Part shown: positions 28,932 to 38,361 of the stretch, one piece after another
How the letters are laid out: every line of letters begins with the position of its first letter
Position numbering within the stretch: the first letter of the stretch is position 1
Assembly: GCA_040377305.1 (NCBI GenBank)
Contig: JBEIPA010000006.1
Location: forward strand, 96,001 to 160,000
Direction: 5' to 3'
Source: Flavobacteriales bacterium
GTDB taxonomy: Bacteria > Bacteroidota > Bacteroidia > Palsa-965
Length of the DNA stretch: 64,000 bases
Notes under the pieces: generated by a model
Told to the model about the DNA's origin: nothing
The model's input: the letters and a program-made list of their open reading frames with translations, nothing else
Databases searched by the model: none
Made by a program: the position numbers and the translations under genes

Positions 28932-29867
28932 CTAGAATGCTTTTCTGATTTTCTCCGGGAGTTTTGCATTCACCACATCACGCGAAAGAGTAATCATGTT
29001 CTTTATTGCGAGCGGGCTTGATATTCCATGTCCGATCATTACGTTTCCGTTTACGCCAAGCACCGGAGTGCCTCCGTAAATTTCGTAGTTGAAACGATCG
29101 AGGTATTCGTTTTTGATATTCTGCTTTTTCATTGCTGCATAAAACGACTCAGCAAATTTGAGCACAACGTTTCCGGTGAATCCTTCGCAGACAATTACAT
29201 CTGCTGTGTCGCCGAACACATCGTAACCTTCGACATTACCAACGAATTTAAAATCGTTGGTGTCTTTCATCAACGCGTAAGCTGCTTGTGCAACGAGATT
29301 CCCCTTTTCAGGTTCTTCGCCGATGTTGAGCAATGCTACACGTGGTTCTTTCACGCCGAATACGTGCTGTGCGAAAAGGTTGCCGAGAATTCCGAACTGG
29401 TACAATACATCTGGCTTGCAATCGGCGTTGCTGCCCACGTCAAGCAGAATTGTGAACCCGCCGTTCTCTTTCGGGAATGCAGTAGTGATGCACGGGCGAA
29501 TAACACCGGGAACAGATTTCACGGTGTACATAGCGCCAACGAGCATAGCTCCGGTATTTCCGCAACTTGCGAACGCGTCGAGTTGGCCTGCAAGCATCAT
29601 CTTGAGACCAACTGCGATTGTAGAATTCTGTTTTTTGGAAAAAGCTTTGACGGGATGTTCTCCCATTTCAATAACTTCAGTTGCGTGTACCACGTCAACT
29701 GCGGAAGGATCAACTCCTTTCGCTTTGAGGTGAGCGCTGATCTGATCCTGATCTCCGATCAGCACTAACCGGACCGAAGCATCGAGTTCTGCAAGCGCAA
29801 GACACACGCCGTCAAGCGGTGCTTGTGGTGCAAAATCTCCGCCTAGGATATCGATCCCGATTCGCAT
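28932..29867 (-). CDS. plsX: Phosphate acyltransferase
   Basis: IDILGGDFAP, SCGNTGA, LDVGSNAD, LNIGEEPEKG, CEGFTGNVVLK, GHGISS. Confidence 0.96.
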   Translation of the reverse strand: MRIGIDILGGDFAPQAPLDGVCLALAELDASVRLVLIGDQDQISAHLKAKGVDPSAVDVVHATEVIEMGEHPVKAFSKKQNSTIAVGLKMMLAGQLDAFASCGNTGAMLVGAMYTVKSVPGVIRPCITTAFPKENGGFTILLDVGSNADCKPDVLYQFGILGNLFAQHVFGVKEPRVALLNIGEEPEKGNLVAQAAYALMKDTNDFKFVGNVEGYDVFGDTADVIVCEGFTGNVVLKFAESFYAAMKKQNIKNEYLDRFNYEIYGGTPVLGVNGNVMIGHGISSPLAIKNMITLSRDVVNAKLPEKIRKAF

Positions 29868-29880
29868 TCAGCGCGGCGCC

Positions 29881-30066
29881 TTAGTCTTTTTTCTCCATCA
29901 CCACTTTCCCTTTGTAATAAAGGGCGCCATCGTGCCAATATGCACGGTGCCAGAGGTGAGCTTCGCCTGTTACTCCACATACAGCGATATTCGGCGTTTC
30001 AGCCTTATAGTGTGTGCGGCGCTTATCGCGGCGGCTTTTAGAGTGGCGTTTCTTAGGATTTGGCAT
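29881..30066 (-). CDS. rpmF: 50S ribosomal protein L32
   Basis: [19 protein letters not shown]...HRAY...YYKGK in yceD-rpmF-plsX context. Confidence 0.96.
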   Translation of the reverse strand: MPNPKKRHSKSRRDKRRTHYKAETPNIAVCGVTGEAHLWHRAYWHDGALYYKGKVVMEKKD

Positions 30067-30079
30067 AACTGTTACTTAT

Positions 30080-30598
30080 TTAATTATCACTTTTAAAATT
30101 CTTCAGCGCATTCCAGCGTGGATCGCTTTTGTTTTCTTCTTCTGTTTTTTCTCCCGGATGAAGCTGATCGAGTTTCTGAATTACATCAGGATCGCAACCT
30201 ACATTTTCGGGACACACTCGTTTCGCCGGTATTGCCAATACGATGTACTGGTAAACATAAGGCGTGAGATCAAGTTCGTTTTGCGATTGCGGTATACTGA
30301 TCAAATCGTCTTCGTCTTCGAAGTGATCTGCGTTCAGATTTACTACTACGTTTCGTTGATCTTCGATTTCCTGCGAATACATATTTCCGCATCGATCACA
30401 TTCAAGATCTACGTTACCGTCAATCGCGACATTGAGGTTCAACAGGTGTTGCCTGCGTTCCATCTCTATCGCGACTTTGATATTCCCTGTTTGAATTTCA
30501 GAGAATTCGAGTGCTTCAAAGAACGTATCGTCCAGCTCTGCGCTGAAACTGTAATCTCCTTCTTTCATCCCCGCAAAAGGGATAACCAGATCCTTCAT
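30080..30598 (-). CDS. yceD: YceD/DUF177 protein
   Basis: CDRC, LAIPAK, DPRWNALK; TAGTTTTG promoter at 30634-30641 (minus). Confidence 0.92.
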   Translation of the reverse strand: MKDLVIPFAGMKEGDYSFSAELDDTFFEALEFSEIQTGNIKVAIEMERRQHLLNLNVAIDGNVDLECDRCGNMYSQEIEDQRNVVVNLNADHFEDEDDLISIPQSQNELDLTPYVYQYIVLAIPAKRVCPENVGCDPDVIQKLDQLHPGEKTEEENKSDPRWNALKNFKSDN

Positions 30599-30780
30599 TT
30601 TTTAGCTCCTTTTCCCCTCTGGTAGAAGGGTGGCAAAACTAAACAAATTAACAGGATATCAACAAAAAAAGTGGGTCGAAAATGAGGATTTTCGATGAAA
30701 ATGGGGTGAAAGTTGGAGGTTTTTCGTCAAAATGCTCTGGAAACGGGACGAAAAATGGTTGTTCTACACGCCAGAAGCGC

Positions 30781-30844
30781 GCAAAACCAGCTGCAGGTGG
30801 GTGGTTTTGTATTAACCGTGCAAGGGTTAAACCCTTGAAGGGTT
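30781..30844. repeat. Two adjacent hairpins downstream of pdxA (REP-like or terminator)
   Basis: GCAAAACCA..TGGTTTTGT and AACC.TGCAAGGGTT-AAACCCTTGAAGGGTT. Confidence 0.5.
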
Positions 30845-30848
30845 CAGT

Positions 30849-31913
30849 TTAACGCTCGCGTCCTTCTCTTTGACGAGGAGAAGCTTTCAACGGATTCGCA
30901 CTAATCTCCTTCCAGTTTGAGCGCTTGTTGAAAATATCGACTGCTGCGAAAATCGCTTCGCGCAATGAAGATTCCGAAGCCACGTTTTTACCAGCGATAT
31001 CGAAAGCTGTGCCGTGATCAGGTGAAGTGCGAACGTGAGGAAGTCCGGCGGTGAAGTTTACTCCTGATGAAAACGAAACTGCTTTGAATGGCGCGAGTCC
31101 CTGGTCGTGATACATGGCGAGTACGCCGTCGAATTTTTGCCAGTTGCCTGAACCGAAAAATCCGTCGGCTGGATAAGGTCCGTATGCAGAAATGCCGGCG
31201 TTCTGTAATTGATCAACCGCAGGAAGGATAATATCTTTCTCTTCGTTGCCAAGTTCGCCATTGTCGCCGGCGTGCGGATTTAATCCGAGCACTGCAATGC
31301 GTGGCTTGCGAATTCCGAAGTCCTCGAGCAAAGTCTTCGCCATGATTTTTCCTTTCGCGACGATCTTTTCAATCGTTACTGCAGCAGCAACATCGCGCAG
31401 CGGCAAATGTTCGGTAACAAGTCCAACACGAAGATCATTGCTTACGAGAAGCATCAAAACTTCATTGACGCCGAATTTATTCTTGATATAGCCGGTGTGA
31501 CCGGTGAATCCCGGAAGTGCACGAGCCACTGCGTGTTTGTCGACAGGCGCTGTAACCATTGCATCAATGTAGCCGCGTTGCAAATCTTCTACGCAAACGT
31601 CAATTGCCTTCAGCGCAAGTCGCCCCGAAGTTTCAGAAGGAACTCCGAACTCTACATCGTCTTCTGTTTCAAAACAAGGAACAAGATTAATGCGTTTGTG
31701 ATTGAGCGGTTCGCCTGGTTTCACTACATGCACACCGAAATCTTCAATGCCCATTGCCTTGCGGTGCGCTTGCAGAACTTTTACGGAAGAATAAATAACC
31801 GGGGTTATTAATTCCAGAAGCGCCGGATCTGACAACGCACGAATGATGGTTTCGGGACCGATACCGTTCATGTCGCCTTGGGTAATTCCGATTCTAATCT
31901 TATTATCGCTCAT
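30849..31913 (-). CDS. pdxA: 4-hydroxythreonine-4-phosphate dehydrogenase
   Basis: GDMNGIGPE, VTAPVDK, GHT, GLNPHAG, MYHDQG, RTSPDHGTAFDIAG. Confidence 0.96.
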   Translation of the reverse strand: MSDNKIRIGITQGDMNGIGPETIIRALSDPALLELITPVIYSSVKVLQAHRKAMGIEDFGVHVVKPGEPLNHKRINLVPCFETEDDVEFGVPSETSGRLALKAIDVCVEDLQRGYIDAMVTAPVDKHAVARALPGFTGHTGYIKNKFGVNEVLMLLVSNDLRVGLVTEHLPLRDVAAAVTIEKIVAKGKIMAKTLLEDFGIRKPRIAVLGLNPHAGDNGELGNEEKDIILPAVDQLQNAGISAYGPYPADGFFGSGNWQKFDGVLAMYHDQGLAPFKAVSFSSGVNFTAGLPHVRTSPDHGTAFDIAGKNVASESSLREAIFAAVDIFNKRSNWKEISANPLKASPRQREGRER

Positions 31914-31977
31914 GTTACAGTAGGCAGTTTGGCAGTAGTGCTGTTGGCAGTCAAATAATTCAGTTATCCTCTTATCA

Positions 31978-32000
31978 GCCTTCGACTCCGCTCAGTCTGA
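31978..32000. repeat. REP-like element (uninterrupted copy)
   Basis: GCCTTCGACTCCGCTCAGTCTGA; related copy at 25908. Confidence 0.7.
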
Positions 32001-32025
32001 TAATGTGCTCCGGTTAAATCTATAC

Positions 32026-33186
32026 TTACTCTGTAGTCCAACCGACAACTGAACAAAGATCGCTATCTCCGGTGGTTTTCCACTTAGAAGTTTCGCCCGA
32101 CCAGTATGCAGCGCCCTGAAGGTAGTGTTCCGACTCCATAACGATTTCGAAAGGGAATGAAATTCCGTCTTCGGTAGTGACTGCAAGCTTTGGTGTACAA
32201 AAGTAGTAACCAATGGATGATCCGTTGTGTTTAATTTCATTGCCTTTGCCTGCGGTTTCTTCCATCGCAATTTCGAATCCATGACCGACTTTGAAGTATT
32301 TCATCTCCTCTACCTCGTTCTTTTTCGTGTCGATGCGGAAATAACCGCGTGAGCAGTTGTAAACTACATTGCCGTCGAGGTCTGTAAGAAACTCGGTGTA
32401 CTTTCTATTCTCTGGTAACTGATCAATCACGCCAACTTTCACTTGCTCGTGCGTGACGTAATTGACCTTGTAAATTGTGGCTACTGTGTGAAGTGAATTG
32501 TAGTAGGGGTAGACAAACGTGACGTTATCAATCCAGAACATCGGCAAGTGCGCCTTACCGCCGGGAATGAGCGCATAATCTTCGCCATAGCCAGCATCCT
32601 TCACCACTTCCACTTTCGGCTTTGATGCGGGATAATACCAGATCTTGTAATTGCGCTGAGAGCAATCTGTTTCCACACCGGCACCGGGAAGCGGATTGTA
32701 ATCGGGATGTGCTGCTTGAGCGTACGCACCGGTTTTCAGATCGAGGATGGAGAAAAATTTTCCGCGAGCAATATCATTGGTGTAAATCACAATGCTGTCG
32801 CCGGAAGCTTTTACAAACTGATCGTGTGTGTCGACCAAAACTTTTTTGCCGATCATATCAATCACCTGTCCGTACGCCGTGATGATATAACGGTTATTGT
32901 AAATCTGGTTTCTTCCGAGATCAAAACGAATGCGCGGAACTTTGTCGCCAGCTTGCTGAATGACAACATCCATTATTTTTTCGCGTGCGCCGGGAATTCC
33001 GTCTGTGAAAGGAATGCGTACAATGTGAACCGTGTGATTGGCTGCAGCCGCAACATCGTATTCAGCTACAATGAGAAAACGCTTCTTACCTGCGGGAAGG
33101 AGATTCATCCCGAAAGAAATCAGAACCGCCCCCGTGAAAAGGCAAGCGACGATTTTTGAAACTGTTTTCCTGCCGAAGCTGAACAT
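32026..33186 (-). CDS. Exported hypothetical protein, beta-rich (possible propeller)
   Basis: Long ORF with a hydrophobic N-terminus; ATG 1 nt after the pepA stop; no family recognised. Confidence 0.75.
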   Translation of the reverse strand: MFSFGRKTVSKIVACLFTGAVLISFGMNLLPAGKKRFLIVAEYDVAAAANHTVHIVRIPFTDGIPGAREKIMDVVIQQAGDKVPRIRFDLGRNQIYNNRYIITAYGQVIDMIGKKVLVDTHDQFVKASGDSIVIYTNDIARGKFFSILDLKTGAYAQAAHPDYNPLPGAGVETDCSQRNYKIWYYPASKPKVEVVKDAGYGEDYALIPGGKAHLPMFWIDNVTFVYPYYNSLHTVATIYKVNYVTHEQVKVGVIDQLPENRKYTEFLTDLDGNVVYNCSRGYFRIDTKKNEVEEMKYFKVGHGFEIAMEETAGKGNEIKHNGSSIGYYFCTPKLAVTTEDGISFPFEIVMESEHYLQGAAYWSGETSKWKTTGDSDLCSVVGWTTE

Positions 33187-33187
33187 T

Positions 33188-34624
33188 CTATCCTTTGTAG
33201 TCGGAGAGGAAGTCAATCATGAGACGAACTCCAACTCCTGTTCCACCTTTTGTACGATACGCATCTTTCGCTGTGATGAAGGCCGGCCCTGCAATGTCGA
33301 AGTGTACCCACGGAGCTTTCACAAAGTGTGCCAGAAACTTGCCGGCAGTAATTGCACCCGCATAACTACCGCCAAGATTTTTGATGTCAGCAACGGAAGA
33401 GATTATGTCTTCACCGTATTCATCCCAGAATGGAAATTCAGCAAGACGTTCGTGAACACGCAAGCCGCTCAGATCGAGTGATTTTTTCACGGCAGCAGCT
33501 GCAGTTCCCATGGAAACAATTCCGTGTGGACCAATAGCGACCATCGCCGCTCCAGTGAGTGTTGCGAAATCCATCACCAGTCCTGGTTCGAATTTCTCTG
33601 CGTATGCAAGTGCATCAGCGAGAATCAATCGTCCTTCTGCATCTGTATTGAGTACTTCAACAGTCTTGCCGTTATACATCGTAATTACATCGCCAGCGAC
33701 ATAAGCGTTTCCGTTGATACGATTATCCGTTGCAGGAACAATTCCAATGACGTGAACATTAAGCTTCGCTTTCGCGATTGCCCACATGGTAGCACCAACT
33801 GCAGCGGCACCAGCCATGTCGCACTTCATCGTTTCCATTCCGGTACCCACTTTTACGTTGTATCCGCCTGTATCGTACACGACGCCTTTTCCAACCAACA
33901 CCACAGGTTTCTTGTTGCGTGGACGAGCAGGTTTGTGTTCCATGATGGTGAACGTAGGAGGAAGATCGCTGCCTTTGTTCACAGCAAGTAATCCGCCCAT
34001 TTTCAAAGCGGTGATCTTTGCTTTGTTGAGTACTTCCACTCTGAAGCCTGCATCTTTTCCGAGTCTTTTGAATTCATCGGAAAGTGCTTCGGCGCTGAGC
34101 GTAATTACTGGTTCGTTCACGAGATCGCGTGCAATAAACGTCGCTTCCACAGAGATGCGGAGTGCGTTTACCTGTTGTTCATTCAATCCCGTTCCAACGA
34201 GTGTAATCAGATCGAGTGAATTTTTCTCTTTCTCGCCGCCATTCGATTTATACTTGAGGAACTGATAATTCGAAAGAAGAATTCCTTCTGCAACCAACAG
34301 GAGATGTTCGTTGTTCGCTGTCGAATCGGCCACTTCAACCGAATCGCATTTGTTGTCGTTGAAGTATGGAATAAGAGCAGCGCCCGCTTTGCGAAGACTT
34401 TCAGCAAGCTTGTTTCGCTCTGTTTTCTTGTCTTTGAAAATTACGACGAGGCATCCCTGCGGCGTTGTGATTGAGACCGACTTGCGTTCATTTGCCGCAG
34501 CATTGCGGAAATAGTCGATATCTGTTGCGGAAAGGTTGAATTTCTTCAGCTCATCGGCGTTCGAACATACAATTACAAGGCATTTGCTGTCCGAAAGCTT
34601 AGCCGCGCGTTTAATGACCGTCAT
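33188..34624 (-). CDS. pepA: Leucyl aminopeptidase (M17)
   Basis: VGKGVVYDTGG, MKCDMAGAA, NTDAEGRLILAD, ATLTGA, HFDIAG. Confidence 0.95.
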   Translation of the reverse strand: MTVIKRAAKLSDSKCLVIVCSNADELKKFNLSATDIDYFRNAAANERKSVSITTPQGCLVVIFKDKKTERNKLAESLRKAGAALIPYFNDNKCDSVEVADSTANNEHLLLVAEGILLSNYQFLKYKSNGGEKEKNSLDLITLVGTGLNEQQVNALRISVEATFIARDLVNEPVITLSAEALSDEFKRLGKDAGFRVEVLNKAKITALKMGGLLAVNKGSDLPPTFTIMEHKPARPRNKKPVVLVGKGVVYDTGGYNVKVGTGMETMKCDMAGAAAVGATMWAIAKAKLNVHVIGIVPATDNRINGNAYVAGDVITMYNGKTVEVLNTDAEGRLILADALAYAEKFEPGLVMDFATLTGAAMVAIGPHGIVSMGTAAAAVKKSLDLSGLRVHERLAEFPFWDEYGEDIISSVADIKNLGGSYAGAITAGKFLAHFVKAPWVHFDIAGPAFITAKDAYRTKGGTGVGVRLMIDFLSDYKG

Positions 34625-34630
34625 GTTTAC

Positions 34631-34638
34631 TAATTTTG
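34631..34638 (+). promoter_or_regulatory. -7 promoter element, probably for mqnC
   Basis: TAATTTTG followed by CA; would place the repeat unit in the mqnC 5' UTR. Confidence 0.55.
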
Positions 34639-34662
34639 CAGTGCTAAATGTAGGTAATTTGT

Positions 34663-34759
34663 GGTTGCCTGCGGCGCTTTACACGGCGACAAAGCGTAAC
34701 GGAGCCCGTTGTTTTCTACGTGGTTTCCTACGAGGAACGGTGGCTCGCTGAAGCGATCT
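34663..34759 (+). repeat. ~100-bp dispersed repeat unit (single copy)
   Basis: GGTTGCCTGCGGCGCTTTACACGGCG...CCTACGAGGAACGGTG..TCGCTGAAGCGATCT. Confidence 0.75.
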
Positions 34760-34782
34760 TAAACATCTGAATTTTGAACGAG

Positions 34783-35907
34783 ATGAATACTGGAGAATTA
34801 TTAAAACGAGGATTGAACCAGGAGTTTTTGACTGCTGAAGAGGGTGTTCATTTGTTTGAAAACGCTCCGACTACTGAGTTGATGTGGGTCGCGAATGAGC
34901 TCAGAAAACAGAAGAAGACAGACGGAAAAGTGACGTGGATTATCGATCGGAACGCCAATACCACTAATGTGTGTATTGCGAACTGCAAATTCTGCAATTT
35001 CTATCGTATTCCGGGCCACGCTGAATCGTATATCACCGACCTTGATACGTACAAACGCAAGATTGAAGAAACGTTCAAGTATGGCGGAGAACAGTTGTTA
35101 CTGCAAGGCGGACATCATCCTGATCTGGGATTGAAGTTCTATGCTGATTTGTTCCGAAACCTTAAGCAGATGTTTCCGAAACTGAAGTTGCATTCACTCG
35201 GACCTCCGGAGATTGCACACATCAGTAAACTGGAAGGAATGACTCACGCGCAAGTACTTTCTGCGTTGATGGAAGCCGGACTTGATTCATTGCCAGGCGC
35301 TGGTGCAGAAATTCTGAATGATCGTGTTCGTCGGTTGATTTCGAAAGGAAAATGTTCCGGTCGTGAGTGGCTCGATGTGATGCGCGCCGCACACAAACTT
35401 GGATTGACCACATCTGCGACAATGATGTTTGGTCATATAGAAACACATTACGAACGCTTCGAGCATCTCGTTTGGTTGCGACAGGTGCAGAGCGAGAAAC
35501 CAGAAAACGCAAAAGGTTTCTTAGCATTCATTCCCTGGCCGTTTCAGGATGACGGAACATTACTTCGTCGCGTGAAAGGCGTGAAGAACACCGTGACAGG
35601 TGATGAATACATCCGCATGATTGCGATGAGCAGAATCATGTTGCCGAATATTGAGAATATTCAGGCTTCGTGGTTGACTGTTGGAAAAGAAACAGCACAA
35701 ATGTGTTTGCATGCAGGTGCGAATGATTTCGGTTCTATCATGATTGAAGAGAACGTTGTTTCTGCCGCAGGTGCTCCGCATCGTTTCACGTACAAAGGAA
35801 TTATGTCGGCGATTGAAGAAGCGGGATTTGAACCGCAGTTGAGAACGCAGCAGTATGAATATCGTGAGCTGCCGAAAGATATTGTGGAGCAGGTTATTAA
35901 CTACTAG
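34783..35907 (+). CDS. mqnC: Cyclic dehypoxanthinyl futalosine synthase (radical SAM, futalosine menaquinone pathway)
   Basis: IDRNANTTNVCIANCKFCNF, LLQGGHHP, SLPGAGAEIL, ATMMFGH, FIPWPFQ, NIQASW, GANDFGSIMIEENVV. Confidence 0.92.
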   Translation: MNTGELLKRGLNQEFLTAEEGVHLFENAPTTELMWVANELRKQKKTDGKVTWIIDRNANTTNVCIANCKFCNFYRIPGHAESYITDLDTYKRKIEETFKYGGEQLLLQGGHHPDLGLKFYADLFRNLKQMFPKLKLHSLGPPEIAHISKLEGMTHAQVLSALMEAGLDSLPGAGAEILNDRVRRLISKGKCSGREWLDVMRAAHKLGLTTSATMMFGHIETHYERFEHLVWLRQVQSEKPENAKGFLAFIPWPFQDDGTLLRRVKGVKNTVTGDEYIRMIAMSRIMLPNIENIQASWLTVGKETAQMCLHAGANDFGSIMIEENVVSAAGAPHRFTYKGIMSAIEEAGFEPQLRTQQYEYRELPKDIVEQVINY

Positions 35908-35964
35908 ACGGGAGACGGGAGACGGGAGACGGGAGACGGGAGACGGGAGACGGGAGACGGGAGA
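35906..35964 (+). repeat. Perfect heptamer tandem repeat (AGACGGG)x8
   Basis: Read directly; begins within the mqnC stop codon; a degenerate 4-unit version lies at 27315-27342. Confidence 0.95.
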
Positions 35965-35994
35965 AAATATTATTACTTCATACTAACCGACATC

Positions 35995-36534
35995 GTGCGA
36001 ATAATTATTCCCTTTTTGGTTTTCCTCTTGGCAGGATGTAGCGTGACAGTTCCGGATTACACATCTGCAGAAGAAGACAATCTTTCGCCGTGGATTGATG
36101 TGTATGGTGATACGATGAAAGACTTTGCAATCTATGTTACGTATTCGGACGGAGTAGTTGTTGCGTCGATTTCGGGATACGCACATCCGGACAGCATAAA
36201 TGTCATTGAGGATATTGATGTTTCGATAACGGAGTTCAGTGATCAGGACCCTACACTCATGATTTGCTACGGCGTTTTTCCAGGCACAACGAACGAGTAT
36301 ATCGAATCACGCGATTACAGCTCAGTTGCAGACAGCGTCGTTGCGGGTTGCGACACGCTTGATGGAGATCAGATTGATTTTCAAATGACACGAACATATT
36401 CCGCGCTACAAGACAAGCTCCCCGAAACACTCGAGTTGAATTACGAGGTGAAAACTATTTACGGCAGTAAAACAGGGAAGCATGTTTTCAGGAAATATGA
36501 GAAAGAGTACGAGCAGGTGATGCGATTACATTAG
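35995..36534 (+). CDS. Hypothetical lipoprotein
   Basis: GTG start, lipobox LLAGC, acidic mature region. Confidence 0.75.
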   Translation: MRIIIPFLVFLLAGCSVTVPDYTSAEEDNLSPWIDVYGDTMKDFAIYVTYSDGVVVASISGYAHPDSINVIEDIDVSITEFSDQDPTLMICYGVFPGTTNEYIESRDYSSVADSVVAGCDTLDGDQIDFQMTRTYSALQDKLPETLELNYEVKTIYGSKTGKHVFRKYEKEYEQVMRLH

Positions 36535-36753
36535 TGCGTGATCCTGAGACCTAAGATTGTAGCTTAAATTTTGCCGCAGATTCGCAGATTCCGCAGATTG
36601 ATAAATTAAAGAAGAGTGTCTGTAATCGTAGTCTTTTCCTAACATATTGCTCTGGGATTTTGACTTACATTTGCACTGCAAACAAAATACTTTCGTGTAA
36701 TCCTGACGTTCACAGTCGCGATTCACGAATTCAAACGCTGAAAATAAACTGTT

Positions 36754-38256
36754 ATGATTAAACGACTACTGGTGCCAGCATTTTTGCTGATCAGCGCTGC
36801 TGCAAGTGCACAGTGCAATGATTTGTTCTTCTCTGAATACCTGGAAGGGGCGAGCAACAACAAAGCCATTGAAATTTACAATCCGACATCATCGGCTATC
36901 AATCTCACAGATTATGTGATTTACCGTTACAACAACGGATCTCCAACACCAACAGACTCTTTGTTTCCACTAGACATTCTTGCTGCGGGAGATGTTTGGG
37001 TTGCCGGAAATCCATCCGCTGTTGCCGCGATATTGAGTGAGTCGGATACGCTGCACACCATCACCTTCTTCAATGGTGATGATGCGCTGAGCCTGAAGAA
37101 AATTTCATCAAACACGGTGCTTGATATCATTGGCATAATCGGCGTTGATCCCGGCACCAATTGGCCTGTAGGTACAGGGGCTACCAGTGAATTCACGCTG
37201 ACCCGTATGATCGGAACTCAGCAGGGAAATTTAACATGGTCGACTGCAGCCACTGAGTATAATGTGCACCCGCAAAATACTTTCGATTCACTTGGATTTC
37301 ATACAATGACATCTTGCTGTGTTGCACCAACACTGCAACTTTTGACACAGGTTGATGTTTTGTGCAATGGTGGCAATGACGGGTCGATTCAGGTGAACGC
37401 AACAGGTTCAGGTCCTATCACTTTCTCATGGGTGAATCGTCCGGAAACAACTCCATTTCTCACGGGGATACCTGTAGGCACCTATTCTGCCGTAGCTACA
37501 GGAGCATGCGGTGCAGATACTATGACGTTTACAATTAGTGAACCAGCGTTGTTAACGCAAACACTTACGGCGTCGACTCCATCAGGATGCACATTGGCTG
37601 ACGGCTCACTTACAGTAACTCCTAGCGGCGGAACACCAGGTTATACGTATATGTGGTCAAACGGATGGATAACTGCAACGACTTTCGGTTTGAACGCAGG
37701 CATCTATACTTGCACCGTAACATGCGCAAACGGATGTACAAGTGTTGAGACGTATACGGTTCAGAATACACCACCACCAACTGTGAATGTTTCATTGAAC
37801 CTTGATACAGCGTGCACGAGCTCAGTAAGCATTGCACTTTCAGGAGGTTCACCAGCCGGTGGTGTTTATTCAGGTGTAGATGTAACCGGAGACTCTGTGT
37901 TCACGCCAAACATCGTTGGATACAGTGTGGTGACTTACACATTCACTGACACTAACGGTTGTACTGCTTCTGCAATGGACAGCGTTTGGGTGGATGGTTG
38001 CATGAGCATTGGCGAAATTGCTTCGAATGACTTCCTGCTTTCACCAAATCCATTCACGGATGTGTTGACGATCCAGTTTGCAGGTAGTGATAATGTCGTT
38101 TCCATTTTCAACATGCAGGGTCAACTGGTGTATAGTGAGAACACGCCTGGAACTACATCACGAATTTCACTGGCGCAATTGCCTGCCGGAGTTTACACGA
38201 TTCAGGTTGTAAATGCGAATGGCGTTGTAACGAAGAAGATACAGAAGGCTGATTAA
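36754..38256 (+). CDS. T9SS type A cargo: lamin-tail domain, SprB/Ig-like repeats and CTD
   Basis: Signal ..ASA|Q; LFFSEYLEGASNNKAIEIYN (LTD); CNGGNDGSI and GGTPGYTYMWSNG repeats; SPNPF...GVYTIQV...KKIQK. Confidence 0.88.
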   Translation: MIKRLLVPAFLLISAAASAQCNDLFFSEYLEGASNNKAIEIYNPTSSAINLTDYVIYRYNNGSPTPTDSLFPLDILAAGDVWVAGNPSAVAAILSESDTLHTITFFNGDDALSLKKISSNTVLDIIGIIGVDPGTNWPVGTGATSEFTLTRMIGTQQGNLTWSTAATEYNVHPQNTFDSLGFHTMTSCCVAPTLQLLTQVDVLCNGGNDGSIQVNATGSGPITFSWVNRPETTPFLTGIPVGTYSAVATGACGADTMTFTISEPALLTQTLTASTPSGCTLADGSLTVTPSGGTPGYTYMWSNGWITATTFGLNAGIYTCTVTCANGCTSVETYTVQNTPPPTVNVSLNLDTACTSSVSIALSGGSPAGGVYSGVDVTGDSVFTPNIVGYSVVTYTFTDTNGCTASAMDSVWVDGCMSIGEIASNDFLLSPNPFTDVLTIQFAGSDNVVSIFNMQGQLVYSENTPGTTSRISLAQLPAGVYTIQVVNANGVVTKKIQKAD

Positions 38257-38278
38257 TCAGTTTTCACACTCATACAAA

Positions 38279-38306
38279 GAAAGGCTCGGTGAAAATCGGG
38301 CCTTTC
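38279..38306 (+). terminator. Probable intrinsic terminator
   Basis: GAAAGGCTCGGT-GAAA-ATCGGGCCTTTC. Confidence 0.6.
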
Positions 38307-38361
38307 TAATTAGTTGATGAGCGAATTAGTTGATTAGTTGATGGTAGAGTATATTTGAGAA

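Noticed and set aside
29881-30066. L32 without a four-Cys zinc ribbon
   Set aside because: Zn-free L32 is common in this phylum, and the gene is in its normal operon
34783-35907. CofH (F420 synthesis) or MqnE assignment
   Set aside because: FIPWPFQ, NIQASW and GANDFGSIMIEENVV fit MqnC better, and there is no cofG nearby
35906-35964. Tandem repeat, or the ~100-bp repeat family, as a CRISPR array
   Set aside because: No repeat-spacer alternation, the units are contiguous or widely dispersed, and no cas genes are present
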